Source: an uncultured Acidobacteriota bacterium (GTDB taxonomy: Bacteria; Acidobacteriota; Vicinamibacteria; Vicinamibacterales; Fen-181). Taken from it: DNA of 64,000 nt. The notes under the pieces are model-generated. The model worked only from the letters and a program-made list of their open reading frames with translations, was not told the DNA's origin and made no database searches. Both the position numbers and the translations under genes were made by a program. Positions 52,984 to 63,968 of the stretch are shown here, one piece after another. Every line of letters begins with the position of its first letter. Positions within the stretch are counted from its first letter, which is position 1. Where the stretch lies: positions 28,815 to 92,814 of the forward strand of contig CAVRWB010000016.1 in assembly GCA_963724775.1 (NCBI GenBank), written 5' to 3'.

Positions 52984-53487
52984 ATGCCTGCTCTTGACGT
53001 CATCATCCGCCGCGCCCGCGAGCGAGACCTGCCGTCGCTCGGCCGCCTGGGCGCACAACTCATCCGCGTCCAGCACGCCTTCGACCGCGAGCGCTTCATG
53101 GCGCCCGGTGCTGACCCGGAAACGGGCTACGCCTGGTTCCTCGGCACCCAGCTGGCCGATGAGGACGCGGCGATCTTCGTGGCCGAGCGCGGCGACCAGG
53201 TGGCCGGGTACGTGTACGCCGCGATCGAGCCGCGCTCGTGGAAGGAACTCCGCGAGGAAGCGGGTTTCGTGCACGATGTCGTCGTGGACGACCGGTTTCG
53301 CCGGGCCGGCATCGCGACCGCCCTCGTCGAGGCGGTGGCCGCGTGGTTCGGCTCGCGCCGCGTGCCGCGGATCGTGCTGTGGACAGCGGACCGAAACGAG
53401 CCGGCACATCGCCTGTTCGCGCGCCTCGGCTTCCGCAGGACGATGATCGAGATGACGCGCGAACTGTCACGAGTCGAATCCGGCTGA
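52984..53487 (+). CDS. GNAT family N-acetyltransferase
   Basis: Acetyl-CoA binding motif VVVDDRFRRAGIATALVEA. Confidence 0.6.
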   Translation: MPALDVIIRRARERDLPSLGRLGAQLIRVQHAFDRERFMAPGADPETGYAWFLGTQLADEDAAIFVAERGDQVAGYVYAAIEPRSWKELREEAGFVHDVVVDDRFRRAGIATALVEAVAAWFGSRRVPRIVLWTADRNEPAHRLFARLGFRRTMIEMTRELSRVESG

Positions 53488-53820
53488 CGCCGGATGCTCG
53501 TGCGCATGACCGCAATACACCGTGTGCTGGCGCGGCACACCTGCTGCTGCGCACGGTTTCCGCTGGTAGGGCCCGCCGCGATTACGAAGTTGACGGGGGG
53601 CCTCCACTCCTGTGATCACCGGCAGCGCCCTCGTCCGGCCGGTCCTTCCAACTGCCGCACGAATCCGTGATCTGGGCCGGGTACCAGTCCTGCATTGGTA
53701 CGAGGCGTCGGAACCATGTGACGGGCTCGGGCACGCAATGCCCCGCGTCTCGAATTCGCACACGGCTCCAGGTTCGTGCACCCGTTTCCGCGTCGCAACC
53801 TCCCACGAAGGGGCGCTACC

Positions 53821-54663
53821 ATGCGTACATCCAAGTTCGTCGTATTCGCGTTGTTCACGCTGCTCGTCTCCGTGTCCGCGCGGCCCGCCGCGGCGCAAGT
53901 CAAGCAGGCGACGCCACAGCTCGCGATCCAGGCGGCGTACGCCGACCTGACGGCCAACCAGCTGCTCATCACCGGCCAGCAGTTTGGCGAACGGCCGGCC
54001 GTCGTTCTCGATGGAATCCCGCTCGCCGTGACGTTCAGCGACCCGCAGCAGATCGTGGCGACGCTGCCGAGCGGCGCAGCGGACCACCCGGGCACGTACC
54101 GGCTGATCGTCTCGCGCGGCCGCGGCGACACGCAGTACGACGTCTTCGCCGTGACAGTGGGCGTCGCCGGGCCGACGGGCGACAAGGGCGATCGGGGCGA
54201 TCCCGGCCCCGCGGGGCCCGAGGGGTTGAGGGGAGAGGCCGGGCCGGCGGGCGCGCCGGGGCCGCGAGGGCCGGAGGGCCCCGTAGGGCCGATGGGACCG
54301 GCAGGGCCCGCAGGCCCCAAGGGCGAACCGGGCGGAGCCGCGGACGCCGGCGTGACGGTATTCCTCACAACGGGCGCATGCGGCGAGACGGTGGGCGTCC
54401 TGTCCACGGAGGACCACTGCGACATCCGGGTGTCGCAGTTCGCGTTCGGTCAGGACACTGAGGGCAGCGTGGTCGTCACGGCGTCGTTCCCGGCCGCGAG
54501 TTGCGCGGAGGGAAGCACCGTGGTCAATGTGCAGTACATTCCCGGGTTCAACGAGTTCTACGGCCCCACGGGCAAGCTGACCAGCGTCAGCTACGAGACG
54601 CGCTGGCAGTGCTCGACGCCGAGCCCGTACCAACCGGCCGGCCGGCTGATGAAACTGCAGTAG
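53821..54663 (+). CDS. Secreted bacterial collagen-like (GXY-repeat) protein
   Basis: Signal peptide [26 protein letters not shown]. Has 18 consecutive G-X-Y triplets ([56 protein letters not shown]), flanked by a globular N-terminal domain and a Cys-containing C-terminal domain. Confidence 0.7.
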   Translation: MRTSKFVVFALFTLLVSVSARPAAAQVKQATPQLAIQAAYADLTANQLLITGQQFGERPAVVLDGIPLAVTFSDPQQIVATLPSGAADHPGTYRLIVSRGRGDTQYDVFAVTVGVAGPTGDKGDRGDPGPAGPEGLRGEAGPAGAPGPRGPEGPVGPMGPAGPAGPKGEPGGAADAGVTVFLTTGACGETVGVLSTEDHCDIRVSQFAFGQDTEGSVVVTASFPAASCAEGSTVVNVQYIPGFNEFYGPTGKLTSVSYETRWQCSTPSPYQPAGRLMKLQ

Positions 54664-54723
54664 GGCCTGGGGGGAACTGGGGTCACATGCTCTGACCCAG
54701 GGTGGTGAGGCCGAGTACCAATG

Positions 54724-56751
54724 CTAGCGTGACACGCGCGCGAGGTTGGCGCGGGCTTGCGCGAGGTCCGGGCGGAGGCGGATGGCCGCGCGGTAGTGCG
54801 CCGCGGCATCGGCGAGTCGGCCGGTCGCCTCGAGCGCGAGGCCCAGGTTGTTGTGCGCCGCCGCGTCGCCGGGGTTGAGGGCGAGCGCGCGCTCGTACTG
54901 CGCCGCCGCTTCGGCCGGTCGCCCCAGCTCCTGCAGGATGTTTCCCAGGTAGTAGCACACGTCCGCGTCATCGGGCTTCATCCGCAGCGCTTCGCGGTAG
55001 CAGGCGACCGCCTCCTCCATCCGTCCGCTCTTCTGCAAGACCAGCCCGAGGTTGCTGACCGCCTGCGGGTAGGCGGGCTGCAGCCGCAGCGCCTCGCGAT
55101 ACGCGCCCTCGGCCTCCCCAAGTCGTCCCAACGAATGCAACACGTTCGCCGTCTCGTACCGCGGCACCGCCGCAGCCGGCGCCAGCCGCGCCGCCTGCTG
55201 GCATGCCGCCAACGCCTCGTCGAGCCGGCCCATCTCCCGCAACACGGTGCACAGGTTCACGTGCGCCTCCGCCACGTCCGGTGAGAGCCGGATCGTCTCG
55301 CGGTACTCGCTGGCTGCCTCGTCGCGGCGCCCGATCCGCTGGAGCGTGAGGGCCAGGCCGTAGTGGGCTTCGGGCAGCGCCGGTTGCAGGGTGAGCGCCT
55401 GCCGGAAATGCCCCGCCGCCCGCTCGTAATCGGGCACGGGGCCATCTCGCTCCATGACGCCGAGGTTGACGTGTGCCAGCCAGCACGCGGGATTCTCGCG
55501 CAGCGTCGCTTCATACAGCGTCGCCGCGTCCACGTAGTTGCCGGCCTGGCGCCACGTCAGCACGGCGAGCGGGACGCAGACGGCGAGGGCCACACCTCGC
55601 CGGATGCGTGCGCCGGAGCCCCACCTCCACTGCACGGCGGCAGCGAGCGCGGCCGTGACGATGGCGATGACCGGGATGCTGGCGAGGTACTGGAAGTGGT
55701 CGGCGACCAGCGAGAAGCGGAACGGGTAGACGTTCACGAATCCGAGCGCCGGGAAGAGCGCGGCGCAGAAGGCGAGCAGGGCGGACAGCGGCGCGCGCGA
55801 CCGCCGCCGCATCGCCCAGAGGCCGGCCGCGCACGCGAGGAGCGCGGCCGGGTAGAGAAACTGCGGCCACGAGGACAGGCTCACCTCCCAGCGCGGGTAG
55901 ATGAAGACCAGGGGCGATGGCCACAGCAGCTTGGCCAGGTAGAACCAGGCCGTGCGGCCGGCAATCATGCAGCGCTCGACGAACGTGAAGTTGAATTCGC
56001 TCGCGTAGCCTCCGATGATCTGCGTCCGCTCCATCCAGGCCGTCATCGTGCCGGCCGCCGCGCCGAACCCGGCCAGCGGAGCGAGCGGCAGCAGATCGCG
56101 GCGGAGGTCGATCGCCCCGCGGCGCCACCACACCACGACGAGGAGCACCACCGGCAGCATCGCCGTGACCGTCTTGCTGAGGAGCGCGAGGACGAACAGC
56201 GCGACGAGGGCCGCATAAGGCGCTGTCCGGCGCGACTCGTCGAAGCGCAGCCAGGCGAGCACGGCGCCGAGGCAGAAGACACCGGAGAGCGTGTTCTTCA
56301 ACTCGGTGATCCATGCCACTGATTCGACGTGCACGGGATGGAGCGCGAAGACGGCGGCCGCCAGCCACGCGCCGGGGATGGCGAGGCGACGCAGGACGAG
56401 GCCGACGAAGAAGGCCGACACCGCGTGGAGGAGGATCGAAACGAGGTGGTAGCCGAGCGTCGAGTCGCGCCACAGCCAATGCTGCAGCCAGAAGGCGGAG
56501 TGGACGACCGGGTAGTACTGCTGGGTCGCGCCAGGCTCGAGCCAGATGCGGCGGAGGCCGTCGAGTGATCGCAGGGCGGGCGCGGTGAGGTGCTGCTGAT
56601 CGTCCCACAGCAGTCCGCCGTGCCAGGCGGGATAGTAGGCGGCGAGCGTGACGGCCACGAGCGCGAGAAGAACTGCGATGCCCCGGCGACGGCCCGCGGC
56701 CGCGGCGCGCCCGGCGTCCGAGGCCGCAGCCCTGCGGTTCCGCCTGCTCAT
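54724..56751 (-). CDS. Polytopic membrane protein with C-terminal TPR repeats (TMTC / PMT-like GT-C glycosyltransferase architecture)
   Basis: About 10 TM helices with DUF1736-like segments. Followed by at least 7 TPR units. Confidence 0.55.
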   Translation of the reverse strand: MSRRNRRAAASDAGRAAAAGRRRGIAVLLALVAVTLAAYYPAWHGGLLWDDQQHLTAPALRSLDGLRRIWLEPGATQQYYPVVHSAFWLQHWLWRDSTLGYHLVSILLHAVSAFFVGLVLRRLAIPGAWLAAAVFALHPVHVESVAWITELKNTLSGVFCLGAVLAWLRFDESRRTAPYAALVALFVLALLSKTVTAMLPVVLLVVVWWRRGAIDLRRDLLPLAPLAGFGAAAGTMTAWMERTQIIGGYASEFNFTFVERCMIAGRTAWFYLAKLLWPSPLVFIYPRWEVSLSSWPQFLYPAALLACAAGLWAMRRRSRAPLSALLAFCAALFPALGFVNVYPFRFSLVADHFQYLASIPVIAIVTAALAAAVQWRWGSGARIRRGVALAVCVPLAVLTWRQAGNYVDAATLYEATLRENPACWLAHVNLGVMERDGPVPDYERAAGHFRQALTLQPALPEAHYGLALTLQRIGRRDEAASEYRETIRLSPDVAEAHVNLCTVLREMGRLDEALAACQQAARLAPAAAVPRYETANVLHSLGRLGEAEGAYREALRLQPAYPQAVSNLGLVLQKSGRMEEAVACYREALRMKPDDADVCYYLGNILQELGRPAEAAAQYERALALNPGDAAAHNNLGLALEATGRLADAAAHYRAAIRLRPDLAQARANLARVSR

Positions 56752-56782
56752 CGCCGGGTTATAACATACCCGGGGCCGCGGC

Positions 56783-59069
56783 TCAGTTCACGTTTTCCAT
56801 GACTCGCTTGACGGTGCTGCGCAGCGCGTCGACGTCGATCGGTTTCGGCACGTGTGCCTGGAATCCGGCGGCGAGCGCCGACAGGCGATCCTGCTCGCGC
56901 GCGTAGGCCGTGACCGCGATGGCAGGCACCGCCCGCACGACGCCGGACGCGTGCCGCCGCACGTCCTGCATCAGGCTGTATCCGTCGGTGCCCGGCATGC
57001 CGATGTCGGCCAGCAGCACGTCGACCTTCTTCTCGCCGAGGATCACCATCGCCTCTGCCGCGGACGCCGCCGTCTCGACCTCGGCCCCGCTCGCGATCAG
57101 TACCTGCGCGATCATCTCGCGCGCGTCCGCGTCGTCGTCCACCACCAGTGCGCGCATCCCCGCGAGCTCGCGGCCGGCGACGCTCGTCCGGCGGCGTCTC
57201 TCGACGGGAGCCGCGGCGTTCGCCACGTCGGCCGTGCGCAGCGGCAGCGTGACGACGAAGACCGACCCGTGTCCCTGGCCCCCGCTCTCGGCGCGCACCG
57301 TGCCGCCGTGCGCCTCGACCAGCTGCCGGACGATCGCCAGGCCGAGGCCCATGCCCCCGTGCGTCCGGGTCGTCGAGCTGTCGTGCTGGCGGAAGCGCTC
57401 GAAGACGTGCGGCAGGAAGGCCGGATCGATTCCCATGCCGGTGTCAGACACGCGGATGACGGCATCCGGACCCAGCCGTGCGAGGCTCACCGCCACGCGC
57501 CCCCCCGACGGCGTGAACTTGATGGCGTTCGAGAGGAGGTTCCAGGCGACCTGCTGCAAGCGGTCGGGATCGCCGAGCACCGGCGGGTTCGCGTCCAGGC
57601 GGGCCTCGAGCTCGATGCCCTTTGCGTCGGCGGCGGGCCGCACGGCGTCCACGGCGGCCTTGATGGGAGGGGCGAGCCCCGTTTCCCTCATCTCGATCGA
57701 CATCTTGCCCGAGACGATGCGTGACACGTCGAGCAGATCCTCGAATCAAGTCCGCCTGCGTCCGCGCGCTGCGGGCGATCACGTCGAGGGCGCGAGCCCG
57801 CTGCTGTTCGTTGAGGCGGCCGCTGCGGAGCATCGTTGCCCAGCCGAGGATGGCGTTGAGCGGTGTCCGCAGTTCGTGTGAGAGCGTCGCCAGGAAATCG
57901 TCCTTGGCACGGTTGGCGGCCGCCGCCTCGGCGTGGGCGCGCCGCTCCGCATCCACGAGGTCGCGCAGCCGCGCTTCGCTGCCGCGCAGGGCCTCTTCCG
58001 ATCGGCGCAGCTGCTCCGCGGCCGATTCCGCCTCGGCCAGCGCGCGAACCTCGTCGTAGGTCGCCCACGTGAGGCCGATCGTCACCAACACGCCGAGGCC
58101 CAGGAGCCACGGCAGCAGCGCCGTCTCCGTGGCGTGTTCGAACTGCGGGAGGCTGTTGACAGCGATCAGCCAGGGCTCGCCGGCGACGACGATCGACCGG
58201 GTCTCCGCCAGGTGTGGTGTCGCACCGGCCCATGCATCGATCGGGTGCGACTCGTACAAGAGTCGTCCCGCCTCCGCCGCCTTGCCGTCGTACACGGAGA
58301 GCGACACTTCAGGGGAACCGATGTCGTTGAAGACGGCCGACAGGAAATCCCCGGCACGGAACGGGCTGTAGACGAAGCCGGCCACGCCGGGCAGGCCGCC
58401 GGCGCCCGCCGCGTTCTCGAACACCGGGACGTAGATGAGGAATCCCGCCTGTTTCTGCGGGTCGATCTCCTGGACGAGCGTCACCCGCCCGCTGGCGGCC
58501 GCGGTGCGCGTCGTCGCGGCCGCGAGCATGGCGGCGCGCCTCACGGGTTCGGCAAACATGTCGTAGCCGATCGCGGCCAGGTTCCGCCGGTCCTCGGGCT
58601 GGAGGTAGAGGATCGGGTAGTAGTCCTCGCGCGGGTCCTCGGGCCACACCCGGAAGGTCGGGTGAACGTGCGCGCGGACGTCGCGCAGGAACGCGTCGAG
58701 CCGCTCCGCCGGGACGTGGACCGCGAAGCCGAGCCCTTGCATCCCCGGATAGCGGCCGCGGAGGTCCAGCCGGCTGGCGAACTGGCGGAACTGCTCGGCG
58801 CTGACCTCGTTGCCGTTCGCCTCGAACAGCCCCGCGCCGGCTCGCATGAGTGCCACGTAGGTGTCCACGCGGCCGTTGATTCCGGCGACGGTGCCGTCGA
58901 CGACGTTCTGGAAGCGGACCTGGTCCTTTGCCCGGCCGGTGCGCGCGGCGTAGAAGCCGGCGGTGCCGGTGGCGGCGAGGCCGAAGAAAAGTACCCAGAT
59001 TGGGACGGTCCAACGCCAGGAGGCGAGCCAGCGGAGGGAGGAGCGTGCGGACATGAGCGCGACGTCCAT
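56783..59069 (-). CDS. Hybrid sensor histidine kinase with periplasmic CHASE-like domain and C-terminal receiver; apparent frameshift near 57720
   Basis: H-box DDFLATLSHELRTPLNAI. HATPase region (NLLSNAIKFT...DTGMGI...GGMGLGL). Receiver domain (LVVDDDAD...DVLLADIGMPG...KP). Confidence 0.75.
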
Positions 59070-59205
59070 CGTAGCACTGCCGTGACGGACTCGAAACCTC
59101 GACCGTTTGACCTTCGGACCGATCGTGTCTAGCATGCTGCTTCCCGGTTGCTCCTCGCGAGGCGAACGCGACGGGCGCGGGCCGCGGGCATCGAAAGGAC
59201 TTCTG

Positions 59206-60738
59206 GTGCGCCTTCACGAGACGTTCGTCAGGACCGCCAAGCGCGATGAGAAGAAGCTCGCGGTCGCGGATCGCGCGACCAACCAGCGGGTCGACTACAA
59301 GTCCGTTCTCATTCGCGCGCTCATCCTGGCCGAGAAGCTGAAGGCCGCCGACCAGGGGTTCATCGGCGTGATGGTCCCGACCAGCGCGGGGTGCATCTAC
59401 GCGACGCTGGCAGCGCTGGCGAGCGGCCGTACGCCGGTGATGATCAACTACTCCACCGGCGCTCTCGAGAATTGCCGCGAGGCGCAGCGGAGGCTCGCGT
59501 TCCGCACGATCATCACCTCGCGCGCACTGCTCGAGCGGATCAAGTGCCCGATCGTGGACGGCATGATCTGCCTCGAGGATCTGGCGAAGCAGGTGTCCAA
59601 ACTCGACAAGCTCCGGGGCGCCTTCCGCGCCACGCTCTCGGCCGACCGGATCATCGCGCGGCTCCCCACCGGGGGCGAGGACGACAACGCCGTCGTCCTC
59701 TTCACGAGCGGCAGCGAGAAGGACCCGAAGGCCGTGCCGCTGACGCACGCGAACATCGCGTCGAACATCGAGGGGATCAGCCAGGCGGTCGACTTCACCG
59801 CCGAAGACGTGATGCTGGCGAACCTGCCGTTGTTCCACGTGTTCGGCCTCACGGTGAACATGTGGCTGCCGCTGCTTCGCGGCATGACCATCGTCACCTA
59901 CCCCAACCCGCTGGAGTTCAAGTCCGTGTGCAGCGCCGTGCGCGACGAGCGGGTGACGGTGATGGTGGGGACGCCGGCGTTCCTGACGGGGTACCTGCAG
60001 AAGTCCGAGCCGGGCGACTTCGCCAGCGTGCGCCTGCTCATCACCGGCGCGGACAAATGCCCCGAGGCGCTGCGCCGCGGCTTCTGGGACAAACACCGGG
60101 TCATCCTGTACGAGGGCTACGGCACCACCGAGACGAGCCCGGTCATCTCCGTCAATACGCCGCAGCACAACCGGCCCGGCTCTGTCGGCCAGGCGCTGCC
60201 GAACGTGCAGGTGCGCATCGAGCACTACGAAACGGGCGAGGAGTGCGGCGTCAACGAGATCGGCAAGGTACTCGTGAAGGGGCCGAGCGTGCTGAGCGGC
60301 TACTTCGACGACTTCGAGGCGACCTCCATGCACCTCCGCCACGGTTGGTACGACACGGGCGACATGGGGTACATGGACGCCGACCGGTACCTTTGGCACG
60401 TGGGCCGGCTGCGGCGCTTCCTGAAGATCGCCGGCGAGATGGTGTCGCTGGTGAGGGTGGAGGATGTGCTCGAGCGGCTGCTGCCCGACGATTGCGCCTG
60501 CTGCGTCGTGGAGGTGCCCGATGCGCTGCGCGGCGCACGAATCGTGGCGGCGGTCACCTGCGAGGTGGACGAGAAGCGCATCCTGTCGCAGATGTCCGAG
60601 TCGCTGCCGAAGATTGCGCTGCCCAAGCAGTTCGTCGTCCTGCCCGAGTTGCCGAAGATGAGCAGCGGCAAGCTGGACTTCCGGAAGATCACCGAGATCG
60701 TGCGCGACGCCGTGCAGCACCGCGCGCCGTCGGCCTAG
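59206..60738 (+). CDS. AMP-dependent synthetase/ligase (acyl-CoA / acyl-ACP synthetase family)
   Basis: TSGSEKDPKAV (AMP motif). YGTTETSP, GWYDTGDMGY and MSSGKLDFRKI motifs are also present. Confidence 0.7.
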   Translation: MRLHETFVRTAKRDEKKLAVADRATNQRVDYKSVLIRALILAEKLKAADQGFIGVMVPTSAGCIYATLAALASGRTPVMINYSTGALENCREAQRRLAFRTIITSRALLERIKCPIVDGMICLEDLAKQVSKLDKLRGAFRATLSADRIIARLPTGGEDDNAVVLFTSGSEKDPKAVPLTHANIASNIEGISQAVDFTAEDVMLANLPLFHVFGLTVNMWLPLLRGMTIVTYPNPLEFKSVCSAVRDERVTVMVGTPAFLTGYLQKSEPGDFASVRLLITGADKCPEALRRGFWDKHRVILYEGYGTTETSPVISVNTPQHNRPGSVGQALPNVQVRIEHYETGEECGVNEIGKVLVKGPSVLSGYFDDFEATSMHLRHGWYDTGDMGYMDADRYLWHVGRLRRFLKIAGEMVSLVRVEDVLERLLPDDCACCVVEVPDALRGARIVAAVTCEVDEKRILSQMSESLPKIALPKQFVVLPELPKMSSGKLDFRKITEIVRDAVQHRAPSA

Positions 60739-63266
60739 CGTTCTCGGCGCCACGGCCGTAAGCCATAGCCGTCGCCCGAGGCTTCAGGTGAGGGTCGGCC
60801 TATTCCTCGCGAAGCGCCGTGAGCGGGTCCACCCGCGATGCCTGCCAGGCGGGCAGGCTGGCCGCCCCGGCCACGACGATGGCGACCAGGGCCGTGGCCC
60901 ACGCGTAGCTCGTCGCGTCGAGCGCGCGGATGGCGGGCAGCCACGCAGCCAAGACGTTCGTCATGGCAGCCGAGAGGATCACTCCTACCCCGATCCCGAT
61001 CACCGCCAGCCAGCCGGCTCGCGCGACGACCAGCCGGAACAGGCTCCGCGGGTCGGCCCCGAGAGCCAGCCGCAGGCCGAACTCCGAGAGACGCTGCGAG
61101 GCGATGTACGCCATCACGCCGTAGACGCCAGCGAGGGCGAGCAGCAGCGCGAGCCCCGCGAAGAGGCCGACGAGCGAGGCGAGGAATCGTTGCGTGGCGA
61201 TCGTCGCTGAGACCATCCGCTCGAGCGTCGTGAAACGCAAGGCGGTGGCCGGGTCGAGCCGGCGCATGTGCTCGCGGACCGCCGGGACGATGGTTTCGGG
61301 TTCGACGGCCGTTCGAACCACCACGTGCACCTCGTTGGCGTAGTACGGGTGCTGCTGCAGCGGCATGTAGATCTCGGGCGATGGCGGGGACGCCGGCGAG
61401 TTCTGGCGGACGTCGCCCACCACGCCGACAATCGTCATCCAGGTGTCCGGAGCGTCGAGTCCGCATCGGATGCGTCGGCCGATCGGGTTCTCTCCCGCGA
61501 AATCGCGGTTCACCAGCGCGCGGCTGACGATGGCGACATAGGGGGCGTCGTAGGTGTCTGCGTCCGTGAAGTCGCGGCCGCCGAGCAGCGCGACGCCGAG
61601 CGCCGCGAAGTAGCCCGGGCTGGCCAGCCGGAATCCCGCGTCCGGCATGGCGCGGCCGGCACCGGTCTCCGGGCGGCCTTCTATGGTGAATCCACCATTC
61701 GATCCGTAGGGGCCGGAGGGGAGGCCCATCGCCACGCCGACCGCACGAACGCCGGGCACCGGCGTCAACTCCGGCGACAGCCGCGCGAGCGCCCGGGCAA
61801 CCGCCACGTAATCGGCCTTGGTGCGCGCCGGCACGTGGGCGGTGGCGACGAGGACCGACTCTGGCCGATAGCCGAGATCCGTTTCCGTCAGCGCGATGAA
61901 GCCCCTCAGCAGGACGGCCGCTCCGGCCGCCAGGACGAACGACAGGGCGATCTCTGCGACGACGAGCGCGCCGCGGAGACGGTTGGACTGGCCGACGACG
62001 CCGCGAGCCGAGGACTGTTTGAGGGCGTCGTTGAGGTTGACGCGCGACGCGTGCCACGCGGGCACAAGGCCGAACAGGAGGCTGGCCGCCAGCGAGCAGG
62101 CGAGCGCGAAGAGGAGCACCCGCCAGTCGACGGCCACCTCCGCGAGCCGCGGGACGTCGGCCGGCGCGAGCCGGGTGAGCGCGGGCGTGCCGGCGTAGGC
62201 GAGCGCGAGGCCGAGGCCGCCGCCGGCGAGCGAAAGCAGGAGGCTTTCTGCGACGAGTTGGCGGCCGATGCGAGAACGGCTGGCGCCGAGCGCCGCGCGC
62301 AGGCCGATCTCCCGGCCGCGCGTCGCCGCGCGGGCGAGCAGGAGGTTCGCGACGTTGGCGCAGGCGATGAGCAGGACGAGGGAAACGGCAGCCAGCAGCA
62401 CGACGAGCGTGAGGCGCGCGCGAGAGACGATGCGATCGCGGAGGGGCATGACCGTGAAGGTGCGGGCCCGGTTGCTCTCGGAAAAGGCCGCCGCCAGCCT
62501 CGACCCGAGGGCCGTGGCGACGGCCTGCGCCCGTTCGAGGGAGACCCCGTCGCGCAGCCGTGCGACCGCCTGGAAGTTGAAGGCCGTCCGGTTCATGGCG
62601 ATCCGGGGCAGCGGCGAGGGCATCGCGAGCCAGACGTCCGTGGCGCGCGGCGGGTCGAAGCCCCGTGGCATCACGCCGACGATCTGGTACTGCTGATCCT
62701 CGACGCTCACCGCCTGACCGATCGCCAGGCGCGCGCCGCCGAACACGCGCTGCCGCGAAGCCGTCGCCGACAATCGCCGCCCGCTCGCCGTCTTGGGCGC
62801 CGAGCAGGCGGCCGGCGGTCGGCGGCACGCCGAAGACCTCGAAGAACGACGGGGCGACGAAGTAGACGGAGGCGAACTCGCCGGCGCCGCGGACCTGCAC
62901 GCCGATGGCGCCGCCCCAAAACGGAGACAACGACGCGAACGTCTCGCGCTGCGCGGAGACGTCGAGGAAGTCGCCGCCAGTCAGGCGCGGCGTTTCGCGG
63001 CCCGTTTCCGTCGAGCGGGTGCCGAGCGACACGATCCGGTCCGGCTGAGGGTAGGCGAGCGGCTGGAGCAGCACGCCGTTGACGACGCTGAAGACCGCGG
63101 TGGTGGCGCCGATGCCGAGCGCGAGCGTGAGGACGGCAACGGCGGAGAAGGTGCGATGGCGGCGGAAGACGCGAAGCGCGTACCTGGCGTCGCGGACGAG
63201 ATCCTGCACGGGCCGCACGCGGCTCACGTGTCGGCTCACGCCGCTGACCTGCTCGACGCCGCCCAT
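60735..63266 (-). CDS. ADOP-family duplicated FtsX/MacB-type ABC transporter permease (second copy); apparent frameshifts
   Basis: Duplicated FtsX plus MacB-periplasmic domain architecture, as in 46885-49365. Ends ASRVDPLTALREE. Confidence 0.7.
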   Translation of the reverse strand: MGGVEQVSGVSRHVSRVRPVQDLVRDARYALRVFRRHRTFSAVAVLTLALGIGATTAVFSVVNGVLLQPLAYPQPDRIVSLGTRSTETGRETPRLTGGDFLDVSAQRETFASLSPFWGGAIGVQVRGAGEFASVYFVAPSFFEVFGVPPTAGRLLGAQDGERAAIVGDGFAAARVRRRAPGDRSGGERRGSAVPDRRRDATGLRPAARHGRLARDALAAAPDRHEPDGLQLPGGRTAARRGLPRTGAGRRHGPRVEAGGGLFREQPGPHLHGHAPPRSHRLSRAPHARRAAGCRFPRPAHRLRQRREPPARPRGDARPGDRPARGARRQPFSHRPPTRRRKPPAFARRRRPRPRARLRRHARAHPARAGRRPAARGGGRRLAGAPLRARLLAGGQPPVRPCARVARVARQPQRRPQTVLGSRRRRPVQPSPRRARRRRDRPVVRPGGRSGRPAEGLHRADGNGSRLSARVGPRRHRPRAGAHQGRLRGGCPGARAAVAGVDAGARRSCGRRGDGPPLRPLRIEWWIHHRRPPGDRCRPRHAGRGIPAGQPGLLRGARRRAARRPRLHGRRHLRRPLCRHRQPRAGEPRFRGREPDRPTHPMRTRRSGHLDDDCRRGGRRPPELAGVPAIARDLHAAAAAPVLRQRGARGGSNGRRTRNHRPGGPRAHAPARPGHRLAFHDARADGLSDDRHATIPRLARRPLRGARAAARPRWRLRRDGVHRLAASLGVRPAAGSRGRPAEPVPAGRRASRLAGGDRDRGRSDPLGCHDERLGCVAARHPRARRDELRVGHGPGRHRRGRGGQPARLAGIAGGPAHGASRGIGRPSPEASGDGYGLRPWRRER

Positions 63267-63299
63267 CGCGATCCACTCCTCGAGTCTGGGGGCAAACTA

Positions 63300-63395
63300 C
63301 AGGTTTGCCGGTTCACTCCAGCAAGTGGATCGGCAAGGCTCTCGGCGTTGCCGGTTCACTCCAGCAAGTGTGGGGCAAAGCTCCAGCTTTGCCGA
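63300..63395. repeat. Two direct copies of TTGCCGGTTCACTCCAGCAAGTG followed by the palindrome GGCAAAGCTCCAGCTTTGCC
   Basis: Read directly from the sequence. It is the same palindrome core as at 6598-6615 and 7581-7598. Confidence 0.6.
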
Positions 63396-63421
63396 TCTCC
63401 GCCTGCAAGCCTGAGCCACCG

Positions 63422-63968
63422 CTACTTCACGGCCTTGATCACGCCGCAACCGACGCGCCCGCCGGCATTCCCGGTCGGCTGCGTCTGGAAGTCGTCCACC
63501 TTCTCGTGGACGACGACGGCATGCCCGATGACGTCCGACGCGGGCGGCCCGCCGATCGTCCAGAGGTCCGTGCTGAAGGTGAAGCGTGGCCTCCCCGGAC
63601 GCATTCGCTTCGAGATTGCCGATGTCGCCGTGATGGAAGGCCGCTTCGCCCCAGCGGCCGTGCGCCTCGTTCGAGGGATTCCAGTGACCACCGGCAGACT
63701 TCGCCTCGGGGTCGCTGCAGTCTCCCTTCTCGTGAAGATGGATGGCGTGCAGCCCGGGCGTCAGCCCGGTGGCCTTGACGGTCATGGTGACTTTGCCTGC
63801 CGCCGCCGAGAAGGTCGCCTCGCCGCTGACCGTGCTGCCGCTTCGGGCCTCGATGGTCGCGGCGGCGCGGGTGGCGGTCGTTGGGGTGGCTGCCTGCCGG
63901 GCGGCGAGGCTGGCGCCGACAGCGGCGACGAGCGCCGCGATTGGGAGCATGCGAGTCGTGAGTGTCAT
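63422..63968 (-). CDS. sodC: Cu/Zn superoxide dismutase (SodC) with signal peptide; apparent frameshift near 63600
   Basis: HAIHLHEKGDCS...GGHWNP...HHGDIGN is in one frame. The C-terminal VVVHEKVDDFQTQPTGNAGGRVGCGVI is in another. Confidence 0.75.

Noticed and set aside
49453-53409. 1318-aa minus-strand ORF, and many other very long overlapping ORFs (for example 2321-4258, 10915-12984, 19721-21091, 35556-37889)
   Set aside because: These are artefacts of stop-codon scarcity at about 70% GC. Only segments with recognisable protein families were called; the rest translate to low-complexity Arg/Ala/Pro-rich sequence antisense to real genes.
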